A stretch of 36,436 bases of DNA from Acidimicrobiia bacterium (GTDB lineage: Bacteria > Actinomycetota > Acidimicrobiia > IMCC26256 > PALSA-555). The notes beneath the pieces were generated by a model. The model made no database searches and was not told the origin of the DNA. It worked only from the letters and a program-made list of their open reading frames with translations. The translations under genes were made by a program, and so were the position numbers. This document shows, piece by piece, positions 1 through 9,365 of the stretch. The DNA is taken from positions 1 to 36,436 of the forward strand of contig JALHSW010000101.1 in the NCBI GenBank assembly GCA_022865365.1, in the 5' to 3' direction. The first letter of the stretch is position 1. Each line of letters starts with the position of its first letter.

Positions 1-99
1 AGTAAGGCCCCTGGTAGACGACCAGGTTGATAGGCCGGAGGTGTACGCACGGTGACGTGTTCAGCCGACCGGTACTAATCGGCCGAGGGCTTGGGATCT
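1..99 (+). rRNA. rrl: 23S rRNA, 3' end (partial, runs off window start)
   Basis: Sequence ...GGTTGATAGGCCGGAGGTGTAC...GGTACTAATCGGCCGAGGGCTTG matches the conserved 23S 3' terminus; 5S follows about 110 nt later. Exact 3' end approximate. Confidence 0.93.
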
Positions 100-169
100 T
101 CTTGTTCTGGTGCTCGTGCTCGCTCTGGAGTTCTCGACGGATGACCGTCGTTGACATTCCAAAGATCAT

Positions 170-202
170 GATTCCAGGATCCGCACCTCGGGTCCTGGAA
201 TC
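170..202 (+). other. Stem-loop in the 23S-5S spacer
   Basis: GATTCCAGGATCCG-cacct-CGGGTCCTGGAATC, a 14-bp stem with one G-U pair. Confidence 0.7.
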
Positions 203-211
203 AACAAGATG

Positions 212-329
212 TTCCGGTGGCCATAGCGGCGGGGAAACACCCGTTCCCATTCCGAACACGGCAGTGAAGACCGCCAGCGCCGATGGTACTTGGGGGTAGA
301 CTCCCTGGGAGAGTAGGTCGTCGCCGGAC
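212..329 (+). rRNA. rrf: 5S rRNA
   Basis: TCCGGTGGCCATAGCGGCGGGGAAACACCCGTTCCCATTCCGAACACGG...GCGCCGATGGTACT...GGGAGAGTAGGTCGTCGCCGGA with paired termini; about 118 nt. Confidence 0.97.
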
Positions 330-337
330 TTTCTCGC

Positions 338-405
338 ACAAGGCGCCTCTGCGCTCCCCGCCACCTGCACGAGTCAGGGCGGGTGAGTCGCACGAGGCGC
401 TTTGT
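338..405 (+). terminator. Long imperfect hairpin after 5S, probable rrn terminator
   Basis: ACAAGGCGCCTC (338-349) pairs with GAGGCGCTTTGT (394-405); inner pairing TGCG/CGCA and CCCGCC/GGCGGG. Confidence 0.6.
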
Positions 406-450
406 CCGCGTCTGGGCCCGGTGAAGACGGTTTCCGGACAATGCGGCACC

Positions 451-456
451 TAACCT
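451..456 (+). promoter_or_regulatory. -10 element of a probable leaderless promoter
   Basis: TAACCT 7 nt before ATG at 464, no SD. Confidence 0.55.
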
Positions 457-463
457 GCGGGCC

Positions 464-1444
464 ATGGCCGACCGAAACAAGCCCACCGACGCGGGCCGGG
501 GCTCAGGAGGCGCCGGGTCCGGGAGCAGGGGGTCGTCGGGGAAAGGATCCGGCGGCAAACGATCCGGCCGAGGCACTCCCGCGGAGCCCCGGGCCGAGCG
601 TCCGCCCCGGGATCGCGCAATGGAGGGCGGCTTCGGGCCCCATGGCGCGCCCACGGTTCGCGATCGCGTCCGACGCGACGACGATCCCGACCGGGAGCGC
701 CGGCCCGCGCCGCTGCGGGTGCGCGGCCAGAAGCGCGACCCGTTGCCCGAGCGCCGCGCCACCCCGGGACGGGGCCGCAAGGCGGAGGACCCAAGGCCCG
801 GGACCCGGCGTCGCAGGGCTCGACCCCCCGGCGACGTGGAGACCGAGATCCTGGCGCTGGGAGGTCGACGTGGCCCGTACCTGCTGCGCGAGGTCATGGC
901 CGGGGCTGATGCCTACGCAGGGCTGCGGGACCGGGAGGCGCTGCGGCATCTCCGGCCGGTGCGCGACGCGCTGCCCGACGCGCCGAGCGTGCGTGAGCTC
1001 ACCGGGCTCGCGCAGTACCGCGTCGGCAACTACCGAGCCGCCGCGACCGAGCTCGAGGCGTTCGTCGAGCTGACCGACTCAGTCGAACAGCACCCGGTGC
1101 TGATGGACTGCTACCGGGCCCAGCGCCGGTGGCGTCGGGTTGATGAGCTGTGGGCCGAGCTCGCGGCGGCGTCACCGTCGGCGGAGCTGATGACCGAGGG
1201 CCGGATCGTCGCCGCGGGAGCACTCGCCGATCGAAGGCTCCTGACCGAGGCGATCGCGACGCTCGACAAGAAGGCGGGCGGGGTCCGCAAGCCCCAGGCG
1301 TACCACTTGCGTCTCTGGTATGCGCTGGCCGACCTCGAGGAGCGAGCCGGCAACAACGCGCGCGCTCGAGCCCTGTTCGACCGCATCGCCGCGCACGACC
1401 GGGATTTCGCCGACGTGGCGAGCCGACGCAAGGCGCTCCGCTAG
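464..1444 (+). CDS. Tetratricopeptide-repeat protein with Arg/Gly-rich disordered N-terminus
   Basis: Helical repeats (VRELTGLAQYRVGNYRAAATELE; LRLWYALADLEERAG...ARALF); this family typically sits just downstream of rrn in actinobacteria. Confidence 0.85.
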   Translation: MADRNKPTDAGRGSGGAGSGSRGSSGKGSGGKRSGRGTPAEPRAERPPRDRAMEGGFGPHGAPTVRDRVRRDDDPDRERRPAPLRVRGQKRDPLPERRATPGRGRKAEDPRPGTRRRRARPPGDVETEILALGGRRGPYLLREVMAGADAYAGLRDREALRHLRPVRDALPDAPSVRELTGLAQYRVGNYRAAATELEAFVELTDSVEQHPVLMDCYRAQRRWRRVDELWAELAAASPSAELMTEGRIVAAGALADRRLLTEAIATLDKKAGGVRKPQAYHLRLWYALADLEERAGNNARARALFDRIAAHDRDFADVASRRKALR

Positions 1445-1445
1445 C

Positions 1446-1467
1446 TGTCACACCCCCGTCGTAGCGT
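1446..1467 (+). promoter_or_regulatory. PafBC/RecA-NDp-type DNA-damage promoter
   Basis: TGTCAC-N10-TAGCGT versus consensus TGTCGG-N10-TANNNT, upstream of an SSB paralogue. Confidence 0.6.
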
Positions 1468-1549
1468 CGCACTGTCCGTCAGGGCGACTCCCCCCGTACC
1501 TCCCCGATCACGCACGAACCGATCATGAGCGCATCGCGGGAGGTACGTC

Positions 1550-1954
1550 ATGTCCTCGTCGAAGAAATCAGCCGGTCCCCGGGAAGGGGCGAGTGCGCCG
1601 CAGGGACTGAACCTCGTCGTCCTCCGCGGGGTCGCGTCGAGCCCGGCGGAGCTGCGCACGCTCCCATCGGGTCGTCGCCTGGCCACGCTCTCGATCCGGG
1701 TCCCCGGTGGCGACTCCCGAGCGACCTCGGTCCCGGTCGCCGCCTGGGATCCGCCGGCCTGGCTGGGCGACCTCGACGCCGAAGACCCGGTCGTCGTGGT
1801 GGGCACCCTCCGGCGGCGCTTCTTCCGCGACGGTCGCGGCGCAACCGCATCGCGCGTCGAGGTGGAAGCCACGACGGTCGGGCGTGGTGGGGAGCGGCGA
1901 CGACGACAGGCCGCGGTCCAGCGGGCGACACGTGCGCTCACAGATCTCACGTGA
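1550..1954 (+). CDS. ssb: Secondary single-stranded DNA-binding protein (SSBb-like, OB fold, no acidic tail)
   Basis: NLVVLRG...ELRTLPSG...VVVVGTLRRRFF...SRVEVEA; SD GGAGG upstream. Confidence 0.85.
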   Translation: MSSSKKSAGPREGASAPQGLNLVVLRGVASSPAELRTLPSGRRLATLSIRVPGGDSRATSVPVAAWDPPAWLGDLDAEDPVVVVGTLRRRFFRDGRGATASRVEVEATTVGRGGERRRRQAAVQRATRALTDLT

Positions 1955-2037
1955 GGGCAGAGCTCTACCGAGGGAGCTCGAGTGAGAGAGCCGAGCAGTT
2001 GCACTCGCCTGTTCCGGGCGACAGAGGGTGCCGACCC

Positions 2038-2043
2038 TATGAT
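2038..2043 (+). promoter_or_regulatory. Probable -10 element for korAB
   Basis: TATGAT about 100 nt upstream of the GTG start; SD GAGGA before 2146. Confidence 0.5.
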
Positions 2044-2145
2044 GAGCAACGGTGCGGGTGCCGGCACCTCTGCCGCGCCACGCCGGCATCCCGCCCGTTC
2101 CCCCATCCCCCCAACTAGCGATTCGAACCCCCTGAGCGAGGACGC

Positions 2146-4014
2146 GTGACCGCCGAGAGCTCGACGTTGAAGCCCGAGCAACTCGACGACGTCGTCATCA
2201 GGTTCGCGGGCGACTCGGGTGACGGAATGCAGCTCACCGGCGACCGCTTCACCGACGTGAGCGCGGCGTTCGGAAACGACCTCGCGACCCAGCCGAACTA
2301 CCCGGCCGAGATCCGCGCGCCGGCGGGCACCATCGCCGGCGTCTCCTCGTTCCAGGTGCACATCTCCGACCACGAGATCCTCACGCCGGGCGACACGCCT
2401 GGCGTCCTCGTCGCGATGAACCCCGCCGCCCTGAAGGCGAACATCGCCGAACTCGCGCCCGGTGGCACGGTGATCGTGAACGCCGACACCTTCGTAGAGC
2501 GCAACCTCGAGAAGGCCGGCTACCAAGCCAACCCGCTCGAGGACGGATCCCTCGCGGCCCACAAGGTCGTGCAGGTGCCCATGACCTCGATGACCCTCGA
2601 GGCGACCAAGGAGCTCGGCGTCAAGCCGCGCGACGCCGAACGGTCGAAGAACTTCTTCGCGCTCGGGCTCATCTCGTGGATGTACACGCGGCCGGTCGAC
2701 CCGACGAGCGAATGGATCGATGCCAAGTACGCAAACCGCGACATGGTGCGCGCCGCGAACCTCGCCGCGTTCAAGGCCGGGTACAACTTCGGCGAGACCG
2801 CCGAGCTGTTCGATCATCCGTATGCGATCGCCCCGGCCCGGCTGACACCTGGTCACTACCGGAACATCACCGGGAACCTCGCGACGTCCTATGGGCTGCT
2901 CGCCGCGTCGCAGGCCAGCCGTCTGCCGATCGTCTACGCGTCGTATCCCATCACCCCGGCATCCGACATCCTCCACGAGCTCTCGCGCCACAAGAACTTC
3001 GGCGTGCGGACGCTCCAGGCCGAGGACGAGATCGGGGCGATCGGCGTCGCAATCGGCGCAGCCTTCGCAGGCCACCTGGGGATCACCGCCACGAGTGGGC
3101 CCGGTGTCGACCTCAAGTCGGAGGCGTTGGGCCTCGCGGTGAGCCTCGAGCTCCCGCTCCTCGTCATCGACGTCCAGCGCGGCGGGCCATCGACCGGGCT
3201 GCCGACCAAGACCGAGCAAGCCGATCTGATGCTCGCGATGTACGGGCGCCACGGTGAGGCGCCGCTCCCGATCGTGGCCGCCCGGTCCCCAAGTCACTGC
3301 TTCGACGCCGCGTTCGAGGCGGCGCGACTTGCAGTGAAGTACCGAACGCCGGTGATCCTCCTCACCGACGGCTCCCTGGCGAACGGCGCCGAGCCGTGGC
3401 TACTCCCCGACGTCGATGCGCTCCCCGACATCTCCGTTCCGTTCGCGTCGGGTCCGAACCACACGGCACCCGACGGCACCCAGGAGTTCTGGCCGTACCT
3501 CCGCGACCCCGACACACTCGCTCGACCGTGGGCGATCCCCGGGACTTCTGGCCTCGAGCACCGCATCGGCGGGATCGAGAAGCAGGACGGAACCGGCAAC
3601 ATCAACTACGAACCCGCGAACCACCAGCGGATGACCGAGCTCCGCGCCGAGAAGATCGCCGGCATCGCCGACGACATCCCGCCGGTCGACGTCGACGACC
3701 CCGACGGTGCCGCGCTCCTCGTCCTCGGGTGGGGGAGCACCTGGGGTGTGGCACAGCAGGCAGTGCGCCAAGCGCGTGTGCGTGGCCGCGCGGTCGCCCA
3801 CGCACACCTGGTGCACGTCAACCCGTTCCCGAAGAACCTCGGCGAGGTGCTGGAGCGCTACGACCGCGTGCTCGTGCCCGAGATGAACCTCGGGCAGCTC
3901 TCGCGGCTGGTCCGGGCCGAGTTCCTGGTCGACGCCCGAAGTCTCACGAAGGTCCAGGGTCTGCCGTTCCGCGCCGCCGAAGTCGAGGCTGCGATCGAGG
4001 AGATGGTGCGGTGA
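2146..4014 (+). CDS. korA: 2-oxoacid:ferredoxin oxidoreductase alpha subunit
   Basis: VIRFAGDSGDGMQLTG, YPITPAS, QAEDEI, DVQRGGPSTGLPTK, EHRIGG. Confidence 0.96.
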   Translation: MTAESSTLKPEQLDDVVIRFAGDSGDGMQLTGDRFTDVSAAFGNDLATQPNYPAEIRAPAGTIAGVSSFQVHISDHEILTPGDTPGVLVAMNPAALKANIAELAPGGTVIVNADTFVERNLEKAGYQANPLEDGSLAAHKVVQVPMTSMTLEATKELGVKPRDAERSKNFFALGLISWMYTRPVDPTSEWIDAKYANRDMVRAANLAAFKAGYNFGETAELFDHPYAIAPARLTPGHYRNITGNLATSYGLLAASQASRLPIVYASYPITPASDILHELSRHKNFGVRTLQAEDEIGAIGVAIGAAFAGHLGITATSGPGVDLKSEALGLAVSLELPLLVIDVQRGGPSTGLPTKTEQADLMLAMYGRHGEAPLPIVAARSPSHCFDAAFEAARLAVKYRTPVILLTDGSLANGAEPWLLPDVDALPDISVPFASGPNHTAPDGTQEFWPYLRDPDTLARPWAIPGTSGLEHRIGGIEKQDGTGNINYEPANHQRMTELRAEKIAGIADDIPPVDVDDPDGAALLVLGWGSTWGVAQQAVRQARVRGRAVAHAHLVHVNPFPKNLGEVLERYDRVLVPEMNLGQLSRLVRAEFLVDARSLTKVQGLPFRAAEVEAAIEEMVR

Positions 4015-5042
4015 GCGACGCCCCCGCGTCTGGTGAGGTCACGATGACCCGCAAGGACTACCAGACCGACCAAGAGGTCCGCTGGTGTCCCGGGTGCGGC
4101 GACTACTCGATCCTCGCGGCCGTGCAGCTGCTGTTCGCGGAGCTGGGTCTCGAGCGCGAGAACCAGGTGTTCGTGTCGGGTATCGGATGCGCGGCGCGTT
4201 TCCCGTACTACATGGACGTGTACGGGCTGCACAGCATCCACGGACGCGCTCCTGCCGTCGCGACCGGTGTCGCGCTGGCTCGGCCCGACCTCGACGTGTG
4301 GGTGGTGAGCGGCGACGGCGACGCGCTGTCGATCGGGGGCAACCACCTCATCCACTCGCTGCGCCGGAACGTGAACTTGAACATCCTGATGTTCAACAAC
4401 CAGATCTACGGGCTGACCAAGGGCCAGTACTCGCCGACGAGCGAGGTCGGCAAGGTCACGAAGTCATCGCCCTTCGGCTCGCTCGACACACCGTTCAACC
4501 CCATCTCGATCGCGCTGGGTGCCGAGGCGTCGTTCGTGGCCCGGACCCACGACCTCGACCGCACTCACATGATCGACGTCATTCGTCGCGCCTACGAGCA
4601 CCGCGGCGCGGCGTTCGTCGAGGTGTACCAGAACTGCAACGTCTTCAACGATGGAGCGTTCGGGGCCATCACTGCCAAAGATGCGCGAGCCGAGATGCTC
4701 ATCAGCTTGGCGCACGGTGAGCCGATCCGCTTCGGCAACGACGGGCAGCGTGGTGTGGTGCTGAATGAGTTCGGTGAGTGCGTCATCGCCGAGGTCGCCG
4801 ACGTCGGTGAGGATCGCCTCGTCGTCCATGACGAGCACCGCCCGGACCCTGCACTGGCGTTCGCACTCTCCCGGGTGTCGACCGGACCGACCATGCCAAC
4901 GCCCATCGGGGTGTTCCGCGATGTCGAACGGCCGAGCTACGAGGTCGAGGTGCAGCAGCAGCTGGCCGCTGCCTCGGAACGCCAAGGTCCCGGCGACCTG
5001 GCAGCACTCCTGTCGTCCGGCGCAACCTGGGACGTGGTCTAG
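4011..5042 (+). CDS. korB: 2-oxoacid:ferredoxin oxidoreductase beta subunit
   Basis: WCPGCG, SGIGC, HSIHGRA, GDGD TPP motif, NNQIYGLTKGQYSPT; GTGA overlap with korA stop. Confidence 0.96.
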   Translation: MSDAPASGEVTMTRKDYQTDQEVRWCPGCGDYSILAAVQLLFAELGLERENQVFVSGIGCAARFPYYMDVYGLHSIHGRAPAVATGVALARPDLDVWVVSGDGDALSIGGNHLIHSLRRNVNLNILMFNNQIYGLTKGQYSPTSEVGKVTKSSPFGSLDTPFNPISIALGAEASFVARTHDLDRTHMIDVIRRAYEHRGAAFVEVYQNCNVFNDGAFGAITAKDARAEMLISLAHGEPIRFGNDGQRGVVLNEFGECVIAEVADVGEDRLVVHDEHRPDPALAFALSRVSTGPTMPTPIGVFRDVERPSYEVEVQQQLAAASERQGPGDLAALLSSGATWDVV

Positions 5043-5078
5043 CGCGAGTGGTCCCGATCCTTGTGTTTCGGAGAGGCG

Positions 5079-6293
5079 TCAGTCGTCGAGTGCCCGGAAC
5101 GCGATGCCCGTGCGGGGCTTCGGTGCGAAGAAGGTCGTCTTCTCGGGCATCCGGACGCCGGCCGCGGCCGCGACCCGGATCTGCTCGACGCTGACGCCCC
5201 GCAACAGAACCGCAGCGTCGGCATCGCCGGCCCGAACGACCGCCGCCACCTTCTTGGCGTCATCGCGGTACGTGAGGGCCGCGTCGCCGAGGACGGGGCG
5301 CACCATGGCGTCGAACCGGGCAGCATCGACCCCGTGCAGCGCGGCGGGTTCGGACGCGAGGCCGCGCGTGAGCGCACCGTCAGTCGGGACGACGAGGGCG
5401 AGTCCCTGACCGTCGACCAATCCGAGCGCACCACGCCGGGCCATCGCTGCCACGAGCCGCCCGACTCCGGCAGCCGTGTTCGGGCCGGCGTCCGCGACCA
5501 GACAGCTCGCGCTGAGCTGCTCGCGCAGCGCCGGCGGCGCGCCATCGACGAGCCGATGGATCGGATGCACGGCGAGCTGTTCGTCGGCGAGCTCGACGAC
5601 CAACGTCATGATCGCGTCGACGCCCCTCGTGCCCGGCGCGTCGTCACGGTAGGCGCAGGCGGTCTCGAAGCGGTGATGCCCGTCGGCGAGCACCGCCGGA
5701 GCGCTCGCTACCAACGCGCGGATCGCGTCGAGCCGAGACGGGTCTTCGAGGACACCGAACTCGTGGCGCGTGCCCGCGCCGTCGATCGCGACCGCGGGGC
5801 AGGGCACATCGGCCAGCAGCCGGGTGAGTCCCGGGGCAAGGGAGAGCGCCCAGATCGGATCGAGGTTCGCGCGGGTCGCGCGCAGCAGTGCCAGACGATC
5901 GCTCCGCGCCTTCGGGAGTGTGCGCTCGTGGGGGAGGATGTCGCCCTCGCCTGCGCGCTCGGGCAGTCCCAGCGCGCCGATGACGCCGATCGTGTGGTGC
6001 TCGCCACCGCCGGGGCGAGGAGCCGTCATGCGGTACACCGTGAACGTGGGCACCGCGTCGAGGACGAGGACCTCATCGCGGCGCCAGGCAGTGAGCGCCG
6101 CGGCGGCCGTGGCGTATGCATCGCCGACCTCGCTGGCGCGCGGGAGGATCAAGCGGACGGCGTTGTGCGGGTCGGACTCCTCGAGCGCGACGCGTTCGTC
6201 TTCCTCGATGACATCATACGGCGGAGCGGTCACCACGCTGAGCGCCGCAGCGTCGGCATACCGCAAGGCGCGGAATGGGGTGAGATCGGGCAC
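5079..6293 (-). CDS. DUF1015 family protein
   Basis: PFRALRY, APPYDVI, ILPHERT, LADGHHRFET, MPEKTTFFAPKPRTG; GTG start at 6293. Confidence 0.88.
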   Translation of the reverse strand: MPDLTPFRALRYADAAALSVVTAPPYDVIEEDERVALEESDPHNAVRLILPRASEVGDAYATAAAALTAWRRDEVLVLDAVPTFTVYRMTAPRPGGGEHHTIGVIGALGLPERAGEGDILPHERTLPKARSDRLALLRATRANLDPIWALSLAPGLTRLLADVPCPAVAIDGAGTRHEFGVLEDPSRLDAIRALVASAPAVLADGHHRFETACAYRDDAPGTRGVDAIMTLVVELADEQLAVHPIHRLVDGAPPALREQLSASCLVADAGPNTAAGVGRLVAAMARRGALGLVDGQGLALVVPTDGALTRGLASEPAALHGVDAARFDAMVRPVLGDAALTYRDDAKKVAAVVRAGDADAAVLLRGVSVEQIRVAAAAGVRMPEKTTFFAPKPRTGIAFRALDD

Positions 6294-6343
6294 CGCGGGT
6301 CGCTTTCGTCGGGAGGGTGGCGATCTTCGCATACGGTCTGTGC

Positions 6344-6754
6344 GTGGATCGGGTTCCGGAGCACGCACCCGAGGCATACGACGCGTTCCAGGAGGGCAGC
6401 CGTCTGCTCGCGGCTGGCAACTCCCACGCCGCCGCCGTCGCACTCGAGCGGGCGCGCGATTTGGCTCCGGGACAGGGCTCGATCCACGAGACCTTGGGGC
6501 GCGCCTACTTCCGCACTGCCCGGTACCCACTCGCCCGGGACGAGTTCGCGCTTGCGATCGGCCTCGATCCGGTCAACGACTATGCGCACTTCGGGCTCGG
6601 ACTCGCGTTGGCGCGCCTCGGCGACGTGCCCGCGGCTCGGCGCCATCTGAAGCTGGCCGTCGCGATGCGACCGCTCGACGAGTACCGCGCCGCCCTGGCC
6701 GAGGTCGTTGAGGAGGCGCCGCGTCAAGAGATGGGGGGCGACGGCGGACGATGA
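6344..6754 (+). CDS. Small tetratricopeptide-repeat protein
   Basis: AAAVALERARDLAP...HETLGRAYF...YAHFGLGLAL; -10 TACGGT (6332-6337) 6 nt before GTG 6344 favours this start over 6317. Confidence 0.85.
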   Translation: MDRVPEHAPEAYDAFQEGSRLLAAGNSHAAAVALERARDLAPGQGSIHETLGRAYFRTARYPLARDEFALAIGLDPVNDYAHFGLGLALARLGDVPAARRHLKLAVAMRPLDEYRAALAEVVEEAPRQEMGGDGGR

Positions 6755-7575
6755 ACGCCGCTGACCCCGAGCACGGCACGCCCGTCATCGGTTGTGATCT
6801 GGACGGTGTCATCTGGCGTGGTGACGACGCCATTCTCGGCGCCGCCGCCGGGATCGCCGCGCTGCGGGCCGCCGGGTTCCGGGTCGCGTTCCTCTCGAAC
6901 AACTCGAGTCACGTGGTCGCGGACGTCGTCGCCAAGCTCGATCGATTCGGGATCATGACGGACCCGGCCGACGTGTTCACGAGTGCCCGGGCCGCGGCCG
7001 ACCTGCTGGCGGGCGAACTCGCCCCGGGGTCCCGGGTTCTGGTGTGCGCCGGGCCCGGAGTGGCCGAAGCCCTGACCGGGGTGGGATTCGAGCCGGTGCG
7101 TGACCGTCCCGCTGCGGCCGTGGTCGTCGGCTTCCATCAGGACTTCGACTTCGCCGGGCTGACGCGCGCGAGCGACGCCGTGCGCGACGGAGCGCGCTTC
7201 GTGGCAACCAACCGAGACGCCACGTACCCGATCCCCGGTGGCATGGCTCCCGGGGCCGGTGCGATCGTCGCCGCCGTGGCCACCGCGAGCGGTCGTGAGC
7301 CCGAGGTTGCGGGGAAGCCGTCGGCGCCCACCGTAGCGATGGTCCAGCGAGAGCTCGGGACGCGAGGGGTGATGATCGGCGACCGACCGTCGACCGACGG
7401 TGCCCTGGCGGACGCCCTGGGCTGGCCGTTCGCACTGGTCCTCTCCGGGGTCACCGCAGCGATCCCACCCCTCGGTGGCGAAGCCATCCCGGACCCGCCG
7501 CCGGCGTATGTAGCCGACGACCTCGGTGTCCTCGCGCCCCGGCTGGTGGCCGCGTTCGCGCCGCGAGGTGCATGA
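6751..7575 (+). CDS. HAD-IIA family hydrolase (NagD-like phosphatase)
   Basis: DLDGV motif I, SNNS, GKP, IGDRPSTDG, LVLSGV. Confidence 0.93.
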   Translation: MNAADPEHGTPVIGCDLDGVIWRGDDAILGAAAGIAALRAAGFRVAFLSNNSSHVVADVVAKLDRFGIMTDPADVFTSARAAADLLAGELAPGSRVLVCAGPGVAEALTGVGFEPVRDRPAAAVVVGFHQDFDFAGLTRASDAVRDGARFVATNRDATYPIPGGMAPGAGAIVAAVATASGREPEVAGKPSAPTVAMVQRELGTRGVMIGDRPSTDGALADALGWPFALVLSGVTAAIPPLGGEAIPDPPPAYVADDLGVLAPRLVAAFAPRGA

Positions 7576-7659
7576 GCGGTGTCGACGCCGAGGGGCCCCA
7601 CGTCGCCCTGAGGGACAGGGCTCCGCGTAACCTTGGCCCTGCCACCCGAGGAGTCTGTC

Positions 7660-7701
7660 GTGACGTTCGCATCCAGTGCCCGATTCCCGCGAGAGCGCTG
7701 A
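7660..7701 (+). CDS. Candidate 13-codon leader ORF (MTFASSARFPRER)
   Basis: GAGGAG at 7648-7653 six nt before GTG; -10 TAACCT at 7628-7633; stop 7 nt before tlyA ATG. Confidence 0.3.
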   Translation: MTFASSARFPRER

Positions 7702-7708
7702 TCGGCGC

Positions 7709-8497
7709 ATGCGCCGTCGCCTCGACGCCGAGATGGTCCGCCGCGGGCTGGTCGACAGCCGAGCGCGGGCGGTAGAGGCAGTGGCCACCGGCCGCGTCCT
7801 CGTCGGCGGTGCTCCGGCGACGACGCCGGCGCGACATGTCGCGGCCGACGAGCCGATCAGCGTGTCAGGTCCACCACCCCCCTTCGTGTCACGCGGCGGG
7901 GAGAAGCTCTCGGCGGCGCTCGACGCGTTCCCCGTCGCGGTCATCGGCCGACGGGCGCTCGACGCCGGCGCCTCCACGGGCGGCTTCACTGACTGCCTGC
8001 TCCAGCGGGGTGCGGCCGAGGTCGTGGCGGTCGACGTCGGACGGGGCCAGCTGTCCTGGCACCTGCAGACCGACGAGCGTGTCCGAACCCTCGATCGCGT
8101 CAACGTGCGCAACCTCGTCGCCGAGGACATCGGGGGCGCCGTGACCCTTGCCGTGGCGGACCTCTCCTTCATCTCACTCCTGACCGTCGCGCCGGCGCTG
8201 GCGCGATGCACCACTCCGGAGGCCCATCTCGTCCTGCTCGTCAAGCCCCAGTTCGAAGCAGGTCGGGCGCGCGTCGGCAAGGGCGGGATCGTGCGTGACC
8301 CGGCAGTGCACCGAGAGGTGCTCGTCGATGTCGCCACCGGGCTCGCATCCCAAGGCCTCCCGGTCGTCGGGGCGGTCGCGTCGCCGATCATGGGAGCCGA
8401 CGGCAACCGCGAGTTCCTCGTGCACGTCGACCGCGCCGAGCGCGCCGTCGAGGTCTCGCGGCTGCTCGAGGTCGTCGCAGGGGAGCCTGCAACATGA
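7709..8497 (+). CDS. tlyA: TlyA family rRNA (cytidine-2'-O)-methyltransferase
   Basis: RRRLDAEMVRRGL S4 domain, FVSRGGEKL, DAGASTGGFTD, DLSFISL, LVKPQFE, GADGNREF. Confidence 0.96.
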   Translation: MRRRLDAEMVRRGLVDSRARAVEAVATGRVLVGGAPATTPARHVAADEPISVSGPPPPFVSRGGEKLSAALDAFPVAVIGRRALDAGASTGGFTDCLLQRGAAEVVAVDVGRGQLSWHLQTDERVRTLDRVNVRNLVAEDIGGAVTLAVADLSFISLLTVAPALARCTTPEAHLVLLVKPQFEAGRARVGKGGIVRDPAVHREVLVDVATGLASQGLPVVGAVASPIMGADGNREFLVHVDRAERAVEVSRLLEVVAGEPAT

Positions 8498-9363
8498 GCG
8501 AGCGTCGACTCCGCACGGTCGGGCTGGTGCCCCACCGCGACCGATCCCTCGCCCACGAGCTGGCTCGGGCCGTGGCCGATCGCTTCGTGGGCCAAGGCAT
8601 CACGGTTCGGGTTCCGGCACCCGATGCGGCGGTTACGGGCCTGGGCGAGTTCGCCGTCGATCCCGAGGCCTTCGCCGACGGTCTCGACATCGCGCTCTCG
8701 CTCGGTGGTGACGGGACGATGCTGCGGACCGTCGATCTGACGTACGAGGCCGGAGTCGCGGTCTTGGGCATCAACGTGGGCCAGCTGGGCTACCTCGCCG
8801 AGGTCGAGCCTGCCGACGTCGGAGCGGCACTCGAGCGCCTGCTCCGGGGTGACTACGAGGTGGAGGAGCGCATGGTCCTCCAGGTCACCGTCACCTCGGC
8901 CGGGGCCACGTCGGGCCGCTGGTGGGGTCTCAACGAGGCGGTCATCGAGAAGGAGCAGCCCGGGCGCCTCGTCCGCCTCGACGTCGCGATCAACCAAGCG
9001 TTCTTCACGACGTATGCCGCCGACGGCGTGATCATCGCCACCCCGACGGGATCGACGGCGTATTCGTTCTCGGCGCGCGGCCCGATCGTTTCGCCGCGAC
9101 ATCGTTGCCTTCTGCTCACGCCCGTGTCGCCGCACATGCTCTTCGACCGATCGCTGGTCCTCGACGCGGAGGAAGAGCTCTGCTTCACCGTCACCGACGG
9201 TCGGTGTGTCGTGCTGACGCTCGACGGACGCGAGCTCAGTCGACTCGTACCGGGCGACGAGGTCTCCTGCACGGCGGGGCCGAAGCCCGCCCGGATCGTT
9301 ACGCTCGGGCCCCGCGACTTCCACCAGATCCTGAAGGCCAAGTTCGGGCTCGCGGACCGCTGA
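8494..9363 (+). CDS. nadK: NAD(+) kinase
   Basis: GGDGT, LNE, ADGVIIATPTGSTAYSFSA. Confidence 0.96.
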   Translation: MSERRLRTVGLVPHRDRSLAHELARAVADRFVGQGITVRVPAPDAAVTGLGEFAVDPEAFADGLDIALSLGGDGTMLRTVDLTYEAGVAVLGINVGQLGYLAEVEPADVGAALERLLRGDYEVEERMVLQVTVTSAGATSGRWWGLNEAVIEKEQPGRLVRLDVAINQAFFTTYAADGVIIATPTGSTAYSFSARGPIVSPRHRCLLLTPVSPHMLFDRSLVLDAEEELCFTVTDGRCVVLTLDGRELSRLVPGDEVSCTAGPKPARIVTLGPRDFHQILKAKFGLADR

Positions 9364-9365
9364 CG

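Noticed and set aside
27-449. ORFs over the rRNA region
   Set aside because: They overlap 23S/5S rRNA and are translation artefacts
1999-2034. CIRCE-like TTGCACTC...GGTGCC
   Set aside because: No GAGTGC half-site at the required 9-nt spacing
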